In this document: one piece after another, positions 49,292 to 58,878 of the stretch
Position numbering within the stretch: position 1 is the first letter of the stretch
Layout: every line of letters begins with the position of its first letter
DNA from: Trueperaceae bacterium
GTDB taxonomy: Bacteria; Deinococcota; Deinococci; Deinococcales; Trueperaceae
Reading direction: 5' to 3'
DNA: 64,000 nt
Assembly (NCBI GenBank): GCA_965213925.1
Contig: OZ243927.1
Coordinates: forward strand, 2,496,001 to 2,560,000
The notes under the pieces: model-generated
Told to the model about the DNA's origin: nothing
Database searches by the model: none
The model's input: only the letters and a program-made list of their open reading frames with translations
Program-made: the position numbers and the translations under genes

Positions 49292-49601
49292 GAGCCCTCC
49301 CAGTGAGTCGTAGGTATAAATATCTATCTCGCTCTGCTCGGTTCACATCAGTACTCGCGTCTGGCGGAGCCAAACCTTGTCCAAAGCGACGCCAGTTCGA
49401 AGTGCCCTCAGTCAGTTCGCCACCCTCTATCATGCGCATCTGATGATACCTACGGGAAATCATCTCAGTGCCGCGGCGGTGTGCGTGACTTAACAGTAAG
49501 TTAAGTATGACCCATGAGGCAAGCGTGGTGTACGTGTAGTTGGAGGGTGTGTACACGTAGAGGCGGTGTAGAAAAAGGGCGGGTACACCGCGCGAGCCGA
49601 A

Positions 49602-50711
49602 TCACGACGGGTCTCCTCTGCCGAACGTCCGCTCGAACCCGTCACCGTCCTCGCCGAGCGGTGAGTCAGGGTCGGTACGACTTTCGTCTTGCGCGCTCGC
49701 TTGCGCCGTACCGAGAGGCTCGAGCCAGTCTTCTTGCAGCGCTTCGAAGTCGACGCTGCGCAGAATCTGCGCCCGTCCGCCCGCTTCGTGCGCGCCGTAC
49801 GAAGCGACCGGCGTGTCGGCAGGTCTGGCAGGTTCGTTGACCGGCTTGTTGACTGGTTTGTCGACCGGCTTACTTGCGGGCGCGTCATTCGTAGTAGGCG
49901 TATTAGTTACGCCTCGTGGTGGCTCCGGTTTAGAGGCGAAGCGCAGGGCGAGCCCGACGAAGGCGATGACCATACCCGCCGAAGCGAGGAGCAGCCAGCG
50001 TTCCTGCCGAAACGACGTGCGGATTTCAGGCAGCACGCCGCGTTCGGTGGCGCTAGCTTGGAGCGTAGGATCGTCCGCGATAACGTCGATGACGGGGCGG
50101 CGCTGGGTGGGGCTCGAGAAACGCCAAGGCGCAGCCTCCAATGCGACGCTGCGCCAGCCGTTCAGACTGAAGGGGTCGTAGCTGCCGACCACGCCGTAGA
50201 GGCTGAAACGTTCAGGCGTCGCCAGCGACGTCGTGACGAGCAGGGTGTTGCCCTCGCGTACGACGCGAGCGTTGAGAGCAGCGCTCGCATCGACCGGGGT
50301 CCCCTCTGCGTTAGGGGTAAAGACCCGCAAGCGCGTTCCTATGGTCTGAAAGGCGACCTCCCAGCCGCCGTCGGCGAGCTGCATGTCGGAGCCGGGGAGC
50401 AGCGTCTTCGCGCCGCCGGGCTCGCTGTCCAGGTAGATGTCGGCGATCGGCTGCGCGCTTGCGCCCTCTGGCGGGAGGGCGGCGAACTCGAGGCGAAAGG
50501 TGAAGGTCGGCGCATCTAAAACCGCGACGCTGCGCACATCGAAAAAGGCAGTGTTGAACCGCTCGGCGGTCGGCGAGGCGAGCGTGCCGTCGCCCACCGC
50601 GTCGCCGGGTGGGTCGGTGAGCGAGAGCAGCGTGGCGAAGGCGGCGGACGGCAGCGTGAGCGTGAGCGCTAGCGCATACCGCGCCCATCTGCGCGTCCAA
50701 AACATATTCAT
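49602..50711 (-). CDS. Secreted/membrane glucodextranase-type DOMON-like domain protein
   Basis: Signal peptide; DPPGDAVGDG..PT..FD and IADIYLD..PGG motifs; C-terminal TM and PVxK repeats. Confidence 0.65.
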   Translation of the reverse strand: MNMFWTRRWARYALALTLTLPSAAFATLLSLTDPPGDAVGDGTLASPTAERFNTAFFDVRSVAVLDAPTFTFRLEFAALPPEGASAQPIADIYLDSEPGGAKTLLPGSDMQLADGGWEVAFQTIGTRLRVFTPNAEGTPVDASAALNARVVREGNTLLVTTSLATPERFSLYGVVGSYDPFSLNGWRSVALEAAPWRFSSPTQRRPVIDVIADDPTLQASATERGVLPEIRTSFRQERWLLLASAGMVIAFVGLALRFASKPEPPRGVTNTPTTNDAPASKPVDKPVNKPVNEPARPADTPVASYGAHEAGGRAQILRSVDFEALQEDWLEPLGTAQASAQDESRTDPDSPLGEDGDGFERTFGRGDPS

Positions 50712-50718
50712 AGCACCT

Positions 50719-52038
50719 TCACGCGCCTACTCGCGAGTACTTCGCGAAGCTGTTGAGCCACGCGGCGAGCCGGGCGGTGTCGTGCTGCGCGTGAGGGCCG
50801 GGACCGAGCAGCTCCAAAGCGCTCACCTCGACGCCGGCGCGCTTAAAGGGCGCGAGGTCAGCCGGGACGACCTCCGCGCCCAAGGCGCTGTAGCGGTTGC
50901 GGCGCGACTTGTCGACCACGCTCTTGTTGAGAAGCACCTGGTCGGGGTAGCGACCTAGATGCGCGTGGATCGCGGCGACGTGGTCCCAAGCGCTAAAGCC
51001 GTCGGTCTCGCCGGGCTCGGTCATCACGTTGCAGATATAGACGATCGGCGCTCGCGTCTCTAAAAGCGCCCGCTTCGCCCCCGGCACGAGCAAGGGGGGC
51101 AAGGTGCTCGTAAAGAGGCTGCCCGGTCCTAGAACGATGAGGTCGGCGGCGTAGAGCGCCTGGGCGACGTCGGGGACGATGGCGGGGTCGGGGGGCTCGA
51201 GTAGCACCTGCGCCACCGGACCCGGCACGGTGCTCACTTTGCTCTCGCCCACGACCTCTTCGCCCGAGCGCTTGATGGCCCTGAGTGAGGTCGCGTCGGT
51301 CGTGATCGGGTAGACCGCGCCGCAGAGGTTGAGGAGCGCGTTCAAGACGCGAATCGCCCTGGCGAAGTCGCCCTCGACTTCGGTCAAGGTGGTGATGAAG
51401 AGGTTGCCGAAGGTGTGCCCGGCTAGCTCGTCGCCGCGCTCGAAGCGGTACTCCAGAAGCCGACTCACCTGCGACTCGTTGTCCGACAGCGCGGCCAAGC
51501 AGTCCGTGAGGTCGCCCGGCGCGGGGATGCCGAAGGCGTCGCGGAGCCGCCCCGAAGAGCCGCCGTCGTCGCTCACCGAAACGACGGCGGTGATGTTCGA
51601 GGTGTAGTCCCTGAGCCCGCGCAGCAAGTTAGACAGACCCGTGCCGCCGCCCAGAGCGACGATGCGCGGTCCCTTCGCCAGCGAGACGCGCTGGTGGAGA
51701 AGTACGGCGGCGTCTTTGGGGCGCGGCATCCAGTTGGACAAGAGGGAGCGGTTTAGGCGTCCGACTGCCCACACCGCCACGCTCAGCCCGACCAAGAGCG
51801 TCAGCAGCGAGAGCCACCCACCCCACGTCTCCCACATGCGGCTCGCTAAACGCTGCTCTAGGGCCCCGAACATGAGGTAGTCGTCCGCCTGGCGTATCCA
51901 GAGGACGTTGCCGATCACGCCCGCGACGAGAAGCAGCGTGCCGAGCGCGGCGACGAAAACGTGCCGCTTCACGCCCATGCCCGGCGTGAGCCAGTAGCGG
52001 ACGTTGCTCATGCGGCGCAAGCGTTCAAGACGCGCCAT
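50719..52038 (-). CDS. yvcK: GlmR/YvcK (UPF0052) family protein with N-terminal TM segments
   Basis: GGGTGLS, DDGGSSGRLR and GPGSLFTS motifs; adjacent to rapZ. Confidence 0.9.
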   Translation of the reverse strand: MARLERLRRMSNVRYWLTPGMGVKRHVFVAALGTLLLVAGVIGNVLWIRQADDYLMFGALEQRLASRMWETWGGWLSLLTLLVGLSVAVWAVGRLNRSLLSNWMPRPKDAAVLLHQRVSLAKGPRIVALGGGTGLSNLLRGLRDYTSNITAVVSVSDDGGSSGRLRDAFGIPAPGDLTDCLAALSDNESQVSRLLEYRFERGDELAGHTFGNLFITTLTEVEGDFARAIRVLNALLNLCGAVYPITTDATSLRAIKRSGEEVVGESKVSTVPGPVAQVLLEPPDPAIVPDVAQALYAADLIVLGPGSLFTSTLPPLLVPGAKRALLETRAPIVYICNVMTEPGETDGFSAWDHVAAIHAHLGRYPDQVLLNKSVVDKSRRNRYSALGAEVVPADLAPFKRAGVEVSALELLGPGPHAQHDTARLAAWLNSFAKYSRVGA

Positions 52039-52903
52039 GCGACCTCTCGGGTTTGGGCGGCGCGTGTTCAGCGAGCGCGAGCGTCACGTCGCGGTGGTCG
52101 GCGTAGGTCGCGAAGGTCTCGGCGAGGTCGTGCGTGAGCCGCTCGGTGATCGCTACCGAGCGGTGCTGACCGCCCGTGCAGCCCAGCGCGACGGTGTAGC
52201 TCGAGCGCCCCGCCGACACCGCCCGCGACGCCAGAAGCCGCACGAATTCGCGCAACTCGGTGTAGAAGGCGAGCCCCTCGCTCGTGAAGACGTAGTTTTT
52301 GACGCCCTCGTCGCGTCCGTCGAGGTGGCGCAGCGATGGGTCGTAGTAGGGGTTAGGGAGCGAGCGCAGGTCGAACACGTTGTCCGCGTCGATGGGCGCG
52401 CCGCGCTTGAAGCCGAACGAGACGAGGCGCAAGCGGAAGCGCCGCTCGTCGCCGAAGCGCGTCCACAGCTCCTCGGTGAGTTCGCGCGCCGACGAGGTCG
52501 AGGTGTCGAGCACGAAGTCGGCTAGCGAACGCAAGCCGCCCAATACCTCGCGCTCTTGCGCGATGTCCGAGCCCAAAGGCGCTTGTCCGAGCGGATGGGT
52601 GCGCCTCGTAAGGTTATAGCGTTTGACCAACACCTCGTCCGAAGCGTCTAAAAAGATAACTTCAGGCGTGATGCCCCGCGCTTTAAGCTGCTCCAACGCA
52701 CCGGGCACGTCGCCCAAAAAATCCCTCGTACGCACATCGATGCCGACGACGACCTTGTCCAGCGCGGTGCTCGCCTGGGCGAGCAGGTCGCCCCAGAGCG
52801 TCGGCGGCAGGTTGTCGGCGGTGAAGTAGCCGATGTCTTCTAGGGCGGCTAACCCCGTCGCTTTGCCCGCGCCGGAGAGCCCCGTTAAGATCACGAATCT
52901 CAT
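52025..52903 (-). CDS. rapZ: RNase adapter RapZ/YvcJ
   Basis: TGLSGAGK, SFGFKRG, LPNPYY and GCTGGQHRSV motifs. Confidence 0.95.
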   Translation of the reverse strand: MRFVILTGLSGAGKATGLAALEDIGYFTADNLPPTLWGDLLAQASTALDKVVVGIDVRTRDFLGDVPGALEQLKARGITPEVIFLDASDEVLVKRYNLTRRTHPLGQAPLGSDIAQEREVLGGLRSLADFVLDTSTSSARELTEELWTRFGDERRFRLRLVSFGFKRGAPIDADNVFDLRSLPNPYYDPSLRHLDGRDEGVKNYVFTSEGLAFYTELREFVRLLASRAVSAGRSSYTVALGCTGGQHRSVAITERLTHDLAETFATYADHRDVTLALAEHAPPKPERSHGAS

Positions 52904-52907
52904 AGTT

Positions 52908-53558
52908 TTAGTCGACCTCGCTAGGGGAGACGAGTGTCAGGCTGAACACAGCCTCTTCATCCTGGATAAGAAAGGTCGCGCCGCGCGGCGAACGCCATAG
53001 CACCTCGCCCGAGCCGACGAGCAGCGACCGGGCGCGGACCGGCGCAGGGCGTAGCGTCCGCTTAGGCGCAGCGTCTCCTGCGACGCCCGGCAGACGCGCC
53101 ACGTTTTGATAGATAGACCAGCCCTGCCCGTCGAAGCGCAAGTAGCGCCGACCCGCCACGTCGACCCAGAAGGTGACGTGAGCCGCGGTGCGCTCCGCAA
53201 TCCCCCAAGCGGCGGGCGGCACGAAACCCGCCTCGCGGCGGACGCAGAACGTGACGCCGGAGGTATTTGCGGTGCCGGGGCTGAGCGGCACGACCTGCGC
53301 CTCGCCGTCTCGCGCTGCGTGCTCAGCGACCACTTCGGCGCTGGTCCTGTCCAAAAAGCAGCCGACGCGCACCCGCGTTACCGCGCCGCTCCTCTCGCTA
53401 TAGGCGTCGAAGCCGCGCTCGCGGAGCCCGCTCACCGCCGCCGCCGCCTGCTCAGCGTTTGCAAACGCGGCGGTTTGCAGCGTCCACGCCCGCGCGTCCT
53501 GGGCGAAAGTTGAATTGAGCAAAACAAACAGCGCGAGGGGTAGGGCGAGCCGCAACAC
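52908..53558 (-). CDS. Secreted SPOR-domain protein
   Basis: Signal peptide; LQTAAF..A....L..RGFDAY..RVRVGCF motif; GTG start 6 nt after TATGAT. Confidence 0.7.
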   Translation of the reverse strand: MLRLALPLALFVLLNSTFAQDARAWTLQTAAFANAEQAAAAVSGLRERGFDAYSERSGAVTRVRVGCFLDRTSAEVVAEHAARDGEAQVVPLSPGTANTSGVTFCVRREAGFVPPAAWGIAERTAAHVTFWVDVAGRRYLRFDGQGWSIYQNVARLPGVAGDAAPKRTLRPAPVRARSLLVGSGEVLWRSPRGATFLIQDEEAVFSLTLVSPSEVD

Positions 53559-53683
53559 GCGGCTATCATACCAAGTGCTCGGATGAGGAGAGGTGAAGGG
53601 CGCACGTGTGCGGTACATAGTGTCAGACAGAACTAAGTTTTAAGCAGACGTGAATGTATAAGCGCATTCCGACGGGTTAGCTT

Positions 53684-54367
53684 TCAGAGTGTTTCCGCGC
53701 GCCGACTCGCTAAATGGCTGACGTGCTCATCGACAAGCTTCCGAAAGTTCTCCAGCACCCGCAGCCCGACCTCCTGGCTCTTCTCGGGGTGAAACTGCGC
53801 CGCGTGCAGGTGCCCTTGCGACACGGCGCTCTTAAACGTCACCGCGCCGTGCTTCGTGGTCGCGCCAGGTATCTCAGCCGCAAAATCCACGTAGTACGAG
53901 TTGGCGAAGTAGACGAATGCGCCCTCGGCGATTCCTTCTAAGAGGGGCGGGTCGCCGTAGGGATAGATTTGGTTCCAGCCCATCTGCGGCACGCTGACGC
54001 TCGAGTCGTCGAAGCGCTTGACCTCGCCTTTGAGCGCGCCCAAGCCCGCTACCCCCGGCGCTTCTTCGGAGCGCTCCATGAGGAGTTGGAGCCCGACGCA
54101 GATGCCTAGAAAGGGCTTTTTTTCCTCCAGGTGACGCCGCACGGCGGGCTCGAAGCCGGAGGCTAAAAACGCCTCCATGACCTGGCGGAAGTGACCTTGC
54201 CCCGGCAGGACCAGCGCATGGGCGTCCGCCGCCTCTATTGGGTTGCCCGTAAGCGTGACGTTCAGCCCGGCGCGCATGAGCGCTTTGTGGACGCTGTGGA
54301 GGTTGCCCGCGCCGTAGTCGATGAGGACGGTTTTGGGGGCGTGTGCTGGTGTGGGAGGAGAGGTCAC
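53684..54367 (-). CDS. hisH: Imidazole glycerol phosphate synthase glutaminase subunit
   Basis: IDYGAGN, GICVGLQ and QFHPEKS motifs. Confidence 0.96.
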   Translation of the reverse strand: MTSPPTPAHAPKTVLIDYGAGNLHSVHKALMRAGLNVTLTGNPIEAADAHALVLPGQGHFRQVMEAFLASGFEPAVRRHLEEKKPFLGICVGLQLLMERSEEAPGVAGLGALKGEVKRFDDSSVSVPQMGWNQIYPYGDPPLLEGIAEGAFVYFANSYYVDFAAEIPGATTKHGAVTFKSAVSQGHLHAAQFHPEKSQEVGLRVLENFRKLVDEHVSHLASRRAETL

Positions 54368-54948
54368 TCGAGCACCCCTTTCGTCGAAGGCAGCGTCTCC
54401 GAGGTCACGCGCACCGCCTTGCGGAGCGCCTTCGCGAACGCTTTGACGACGGCCTCGCTCACGTGATGCGTCTCGACCCCGGAGAGCACCCGCACGTGCA
54501 TGGTGACGCCCGCGTGCGCGCAGAAGCCGCGCAGCAGTTCGCGCAGGTGGTGGACGTTGAAGCCGCCCGCGTCACCTTCGAAGCCCGCAGGCTCGAACGC
54601 GAGCAGAGGTCGCCCCGAAAAGTCCAGCACGACGTGCGCCAGCGTCTCGTCCATCGGCACGAAGGCGTCGGCGTAGCGCTCGATGCCGCGCCGCTCGCCC
54701 AGCGCGGCGCGAAAGGCTTGACCCAAGGTGATGCCCGTGTCCTCCGCCAAGTGGTGCACGTCCACCTCCAAGTCGCCCTGCCCCTCGATATCGAGCGCGA
54801 AGTCGCCGTGGCGGATAAGCTGGTCCAACATGTGGTCCAAAAAGCCGTGACCCGTGTTCGCGCCCCCGCGTGCGGGTTCGTCGAGGTTGAGGGTGACCTC
54901 GAGCCGCGTCTCCTTCGTCTCCCGCTTGATGCTCGCCGTCCTAGCCAT
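54364..54948 (-). CDS. hisB: Imidazoleglycerol-phosphate dehydratase
   Basis: FLDHML, DVHHLAED, THHVSEA and PSTKG motifs. Confidence 0.97.
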   Translation of the reverse strand: MARTASIKRETKETRLEVTLNLDEPARGGANTGHGFLDHMLDQLIRHGDFALDIEGQGDLEVDVHHLAEDTGITLGQAFRAALGERRGIERYADAFVPMDETLAHVVLDFSGRPLLAFEPAGFEGDAGGFNVHHLRELLRGFCAHAGVTMHVRVLSGVETHHVSEAVVKAFAKALRKAVRVTSETLPSTKGVLE

Positions 54949-56017
54949 CTGCGACGACCTCTTGTCGTTCGGCGTGAAGAACGTCCCTCGCCGTCTCTAA
55001 AAACGCCTCGTTCTCCTGCGGGGTTCCTACCGACACGCGCAGACAGCCGTGGAGTCCACGCAGATGGTCCTGCTGCCGGATCAGCACGCCTCGCGCCAAA
55101 AGCGCCTCGTAGAACGCGCCCGCGTCCGCCACGCGGAAGAGCAGAAAGTTCGTTTCGGACGGAAAAACCTCTACCCCCAACGCCCGCAATGCTCGGAAGA
55201 GCCTTTCCCTTTCGCGCACCGTTTCGGCGACGCGCGCCGCCACGAAGTCGGTGTGCTCTAGTGCAGTGAGTCCTACCGCAGCTTGCAGCGACGAGACGGA
55301 GAAGGGCATGACGACCTTCTGTAACTGCTCGGCCAACTCGGGCTGCGCGAGCGCGAACCCTAAGCGCACGCCGCCCATCCCGAACGCCTTGCTGAGCGTA
55401 CGCAAGCAGGCGACGTGCGGATACTCGCGGGCGAAAGGGGAGAGGTCGGTGCCCGAGAACTGGTAGTACGCTTCGTCTAAAACCACCGTCCAGTTCGGCG
55501 CAGCCGCTCGGATGAGGTCTTCGACGACCTCTTCGGCGAACACGTTGCCCGTCGGCGCGGCGGGGTTGGCGAGAAAGAGGATGCCCTGACCTCTTGACAG
55601 CTCCTCTTTAAGCGCACTAACGGGAAGCGAAAAACCCTCCCCTAAAGGCACCTCGGTCAGCTCGGCGTTCAAGAGGTTCGCGGACAGGCTGTAGACCGAA
55701 AAGGTCGGCGTGACGCTCAGGACGCGCCGACCTAGCCCACACGCGATTACAAACGCCTGAATCAGCGTGTTCGAGCCGCCCCCCACGACGATGCCCGCCT
55801 CATCCCACTTCATCTCGCGCGCTAAGGCGGCGCGGAGCGACTCGGCGGCAAGTTCGGGGTAGCGGTTGGTGCTCACGCGCTCCAAGCGCGCGAGCACCTC
55901 TCGTTTAAGCTCAAAAGGCAAGTCGTAAGGCGACTCGTTCTGGTCGAGCTTGACGGAGTACGCTCTGGCGGAGAAGTGATAGGCGGGCGTGGCTAGGACT
56001 TCGGGTCGGACGCTCAT
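54941..56017 (-). CDS. hisC: Histidinol-phosphate aminotransferase
   Basis: KLDQNESP, NRYP, DEAY and RTLSKAFG motifs; upstream of hisB. Confidence 0.94.
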   Translation of the reverse strand: MSVRPEVLATPAYHFSARAYSVKLDQNESPYDLPFELKREVLARLERVSTNRYPELAAESLRAALAREMKWDEAGIVVGGGSNTLIQAFVIACGLGRRVLSVTPTFSVYSLSANLLNAELTEVPLGEGFSLPVSALKEELSRGQGILFLANPAAPTGNVFAEEVVEDLIRAAAPNWTVVLDEAYYQFSGTDLSPFAREYPHVACLRTLSKAFGMGGVRLGFALAQPELAEQLQKVVMPFSVSSLQAAVGLTALEHTDFVAARVAETVRERERLFRALRALGVEVFPSETNFLLFRVADAGAFYEALLARGVLIRQQDHLRGLHGCLRVSVGTPQENEAFLETARDVLHAERQEVVADG

Positions 56018-56045
56018 GGGGGTATTGTACCAGCCTGTGAAAAGT

Positions 56046-56081
56046 GGAAGAGGTGGCGAAAGCTTTTACGCCACCTCTTCC
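56046..56081 (-). terminator. Terminator downstream of lipoprotein gene
   Basis: GGAAGAGGTGGCG-loop-CGCCACCTCTTCC. Confidence 0.75.
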
Positions 56082-56109
56082 CGTCTTTATGTGTTCCTTT
56101 GCGTTGAGT

Positions 56110-56556
56110 TCACTCTACCCGAACGGTTTTCTCGAGCGTAATTAGATCACCCTCTGCCCCACCCGTGCTAGAGCTACCTTTATCACGCCCTTCTACTCTA
56201 ACGGCTGCAGAACCAACTTCTTCAAACGTGATTTGAGTTGTATGCTCTAGACGTGTTGTGACGAGCGGGCAAAGCTCATCCTTACCGGGAATGATGGTGA
56301 GGTCGTAAGGTCTCAAAACAGCTAAATTTCCGGTGATGTCATGTTCGGTTCCATCAGCCTCCGTGCAGCCGCTACCAAACGTTCTCACCGTAACCTCGAA
56401 GGGTACGCCCACTTGAACCGTCGTGGGAACTGAAAGAACCGCTTCTTCGGTGGGTTCGTTAGACGTTATGACGCCTATTTCGCGCACCGCGCCGCTGTCA
56501 CCGCAAGCCGCGAGAAGCACGAGGAGAAGGGCAAGAGAGAAAAGCCAATTCTGCAT
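56110..56556 (-). CDS. Hypothetical lipoprotein
   Basis: Lipobox LAAC; beta-rich domain with a Cys pair; GGAG RBS. Confidence 0.75.
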   Translation of the reverse strand: MQNWLFSLALLLVLLAACGDSGAVREIGVITSNEPTEEAVLSVPTTVQVGVPFEVTVRTFGSGCTEADGTEHDITGNLAVLRPYDLTIIPGKDELCPLVTTRLEHTTQITFEEVGSAAVRVEGRDKGSSSTGGAEGDLITLEKTVRVE

Positions 56557-56656
56557 GGTAACTGTCTCCCGAATCTTCGGCGGGCACGTCTAACTCCGAT
56601 GCCGCAAAGTTTAGCATGACGCTGACAGCTCTCTCTTAATCCTCGCTTAATCCTGA

Positions 56657-58834
56657 CTACTGCGCTTGGCTCCGCGCCTGCTCGAGCAGTTCGGTAAAAC
56701 CAAGCTGCTCCTCCGCGCCCACTTGCACGGACGTTTCGGCGAGTTCGGGGCGCAACTGGACGGCCTGCTCGAGCGGACCCACCGCCTGCGCGTAGCGCTC
56801 CAAATCGTAGTAGATGAGCCCCAAGTTAAGCTGCGCCTCGGCGTTTTCGGGGTTCGCGGCGACGGCGCGTTCTAAGAATTCGATGGCCCGGTCGAAGCGT
56901 CCTAGGCGGAAGTAGGCGAAGCCCAAGTTGTTGAGGACGGGCGCGCTCTCGTCCAGGTCTTCCAAGGCTTGCTCGTAGCTCGTGACCGCGTTGCGCAGGT
57001 CGCCCTGGAGCTGCCGAGCGTAACCCTGATAAAAGGCGACGAGCCCGCTGTTTTGTAGTTCTAGCGCGCGGGTAAAATTCTGCTCTGCGGTGTCGGCTTC
57101 GTCCGCCTCCAACGCCGAGAGCCCCGCGCTGAAGAGTGACGCGGCTTCGGGCTCTAGGTCAATGGGCTCGCCTTGGGTAAGCGTCCTGTTCTGGGCGATG
57201 AGCTGCCTGGCTTGCTGGGCTCCCTCGAGTTCGGGGTCGAGGGTGAGCGCTTCGTCTAAGGCGTTGAGCGCCTGGTCGTAACGACCGGCGCGGCCCAACG
57301 CGACACCGTAGAGCGAGTAGAGTTCGGCGTCTTGGGGCGCTTCTGGGAGCAGCGTCTCTAGGAGGTCAATCGCGGCGTCGTTCTGCCCCGCTTCTAAGAG
57401 AATCTGGGCGAGGTTGATCTGGACGGTACTGTTCGTTTGAGGCGCGTTCTCCAGGGTAGCTCTCGCTTCGTCCAGTCTGCCTTGCTGCGCCTGCGTGATG
57501 GCGAGTTGGTTCAGCACGCGCAGGTTGTCGGGCTCTAGCTCGCGCGCCTCGAGCAGCACGTTCTCCGCCGCCGCGTCGTCGCCCGACTCCGTTAGCAGCG
57601 ACGCCTCGGCGAGCGCTAAACCGACGTCTTGCGGGTAGAGCGTGCGCCCCTCGCGGACGAGGTCCGACGCTTGCGCGGCGACCTCGTCCGGCAGTTCGGC
57701 GGCTAGCGCGTAGAGGTCGGCGGACGCACCGGCTTGCTCGGAGGTCGTGGTGCGGAGATAGTTCAGCGCGTCCTCGGCGCGTCCTTGGCGGACGGACTCG
57801 AGGACGAACGCCCGAGCCAGCGTCGCAGAACCCGGCACGCGCGCCGCGCCGCGTTCCAACGTCGCTAGCGCGCCTTGCGCGTCGCCCGCGGTGCGCTGCG
57901 CCGCGGCGAGGTCGATATACGCGGGGACGTAGCGCGGGTAGGCGTCAATAGCTGCCTCTAAACTCGCGGTGTCATCCTGCAAGCGCCCCAACCCGGCGAG
58001 CGCCAGGGCGTGAGTTGGGTTCAGGAGGAGCGCCGCTTCGAAGGCCTGTTGCGCGGTCGCCTCGTCGCCGCTCGCTAAGAGCACCGCACCCCGTACGACG
58101 AGTGCTTCGACATCTTCAGGCGCACTCTGAATCGCCTCTAAGGAGGTCGCTAACGCACCCTCCGTCTCGCCTGTGCGCGTCAAAATCTCGGCTTGCTCGG
58201 ACGAAACCCAGCTCGAGTCCGTCTGGAGTTCCAGAACCGTTTCTAGCGCCGCCGAGTCGTTCGTCTGTAACCCAAGCGACGCTTCGGCGACGGCGCTCAG
58301 GGTGCCTAAGGGCGGCGTCTGCGCTAAGACCGCGTCAAGTTGCGCCCGGTCGTCCGCGCTCACGCTCAGCTCCAACTCGCTGATGACGGTGTTCGTCACC
58401 GAAGTGAGGAGCGCTTCGGGCGCGTCCAATGCGCTATTTACAGTGATGACTCTAGGCGCGGGGTAGTCCGGTCCGGCGAAGATGATCTGGACCTGCGCCT
58501 GCCCCCCAGAGACCTCGACGACGCCGCTCACGAGCGCCGAAGCGCCGTAAGCCTCCGCGAAAACCTCCGGGCTGAGCGTCCCCTGACCCTCGAAGCGTTG
58601 CGCCACGAGGAGCGTATCGCCGACGGGCGGTACGTACACGCCGTCGATCACATTGAGCGCGCGCTGGAGCCCGGTGGGGATGCCCAAGCGGTAGGGCAGC
58701 GCGTCACCCTGTCCGTCGAACGCCAAAACAGGTAGGTGCGTGACCTCTTGCGTTGTCGGTGCGTTCTGCGCGAAGTTCTGCGCGAACGTCACAAAGAAAA
58801 AAGGAATTAGAAGCGGTAAGAGTCGTTTCATCAC
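56657..58834 (-). CDS. Secreted tetratricopeptide-repeat protein
   Basis: Signal peptide, TolB-N-like N-terminal region and many TPR motifs (NNLGFAYFRLG, LNLGLIYYDL). Confidence 0.88.
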   Translation of the reverse strand: MMKRLLPLLIPFFFVTFAQNFAQNAPTTQEVTHLPVLAFDGQGDALPYRLGIPTGLQRALNVIDGVYVPPVGDTLLVAQRFEGQGTLSPEVFAEAYGASALVSGVVEVSGGQAQVQIIFAGPDYPAPRVITVNSALDAPEALLTSVTNTVISELELSVSADDRAQLDAVLAQTPPLGTLSAVAEASLGLQTNDSAALETVLELQTDSSWVSSEQAEILTRTGETEGALATSLEAIQSAPEDVEALVVRGAVLLASGDEATAQQAFEAALLLNPTHALALAGLGRLQDDTASLEAAIDAYPRYVPAYIDLAAAQRTAGDAQGALATLERGAARVPGSATLARAFVLESVRQGRAEDALNYLRTTTSEQAGASADLYALAAELPDEVAAQASDLVREGRTLYPQDVGLALAEASLLTESGDDAAAENVLLEARELEPDNLRVLNQLAITQAQQGRLDEARATLENAPQTNSTVQINLAQILLEAGQNDAAIDLLETLLPEAPQDAELYSLYGVALGRAGRYDQALNALDEALTLDPELEGAQQARQLIAQNRTLTQGEPIDLEPEAASLFSAGLSALEADEADTAEQNFTRALELQNSGLVAFYQGYARQLQGDLRNAVTSYEQALEDLDESAPVLNNLGFAYFRLGRFDRAIEFLERAVAANPENAEAQLNLGLIYYDLERYAQAVGPLEQAVQLRPELAETSVQVGAEEQLGFTELLEQARSQAQ

Positions 58835-58878
58835 CCAGAAGTATACCTAGTGACGGGTGAGAAGCAAGCTGGGCGGCG

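Noticed and set aside
58763..58786. 12-bp tandem duplication (FAQNFAQN) and the PVxK repeats near 49835-49875
   Set aside because: In-frame slippage repeats in linker regions; unremarkable.
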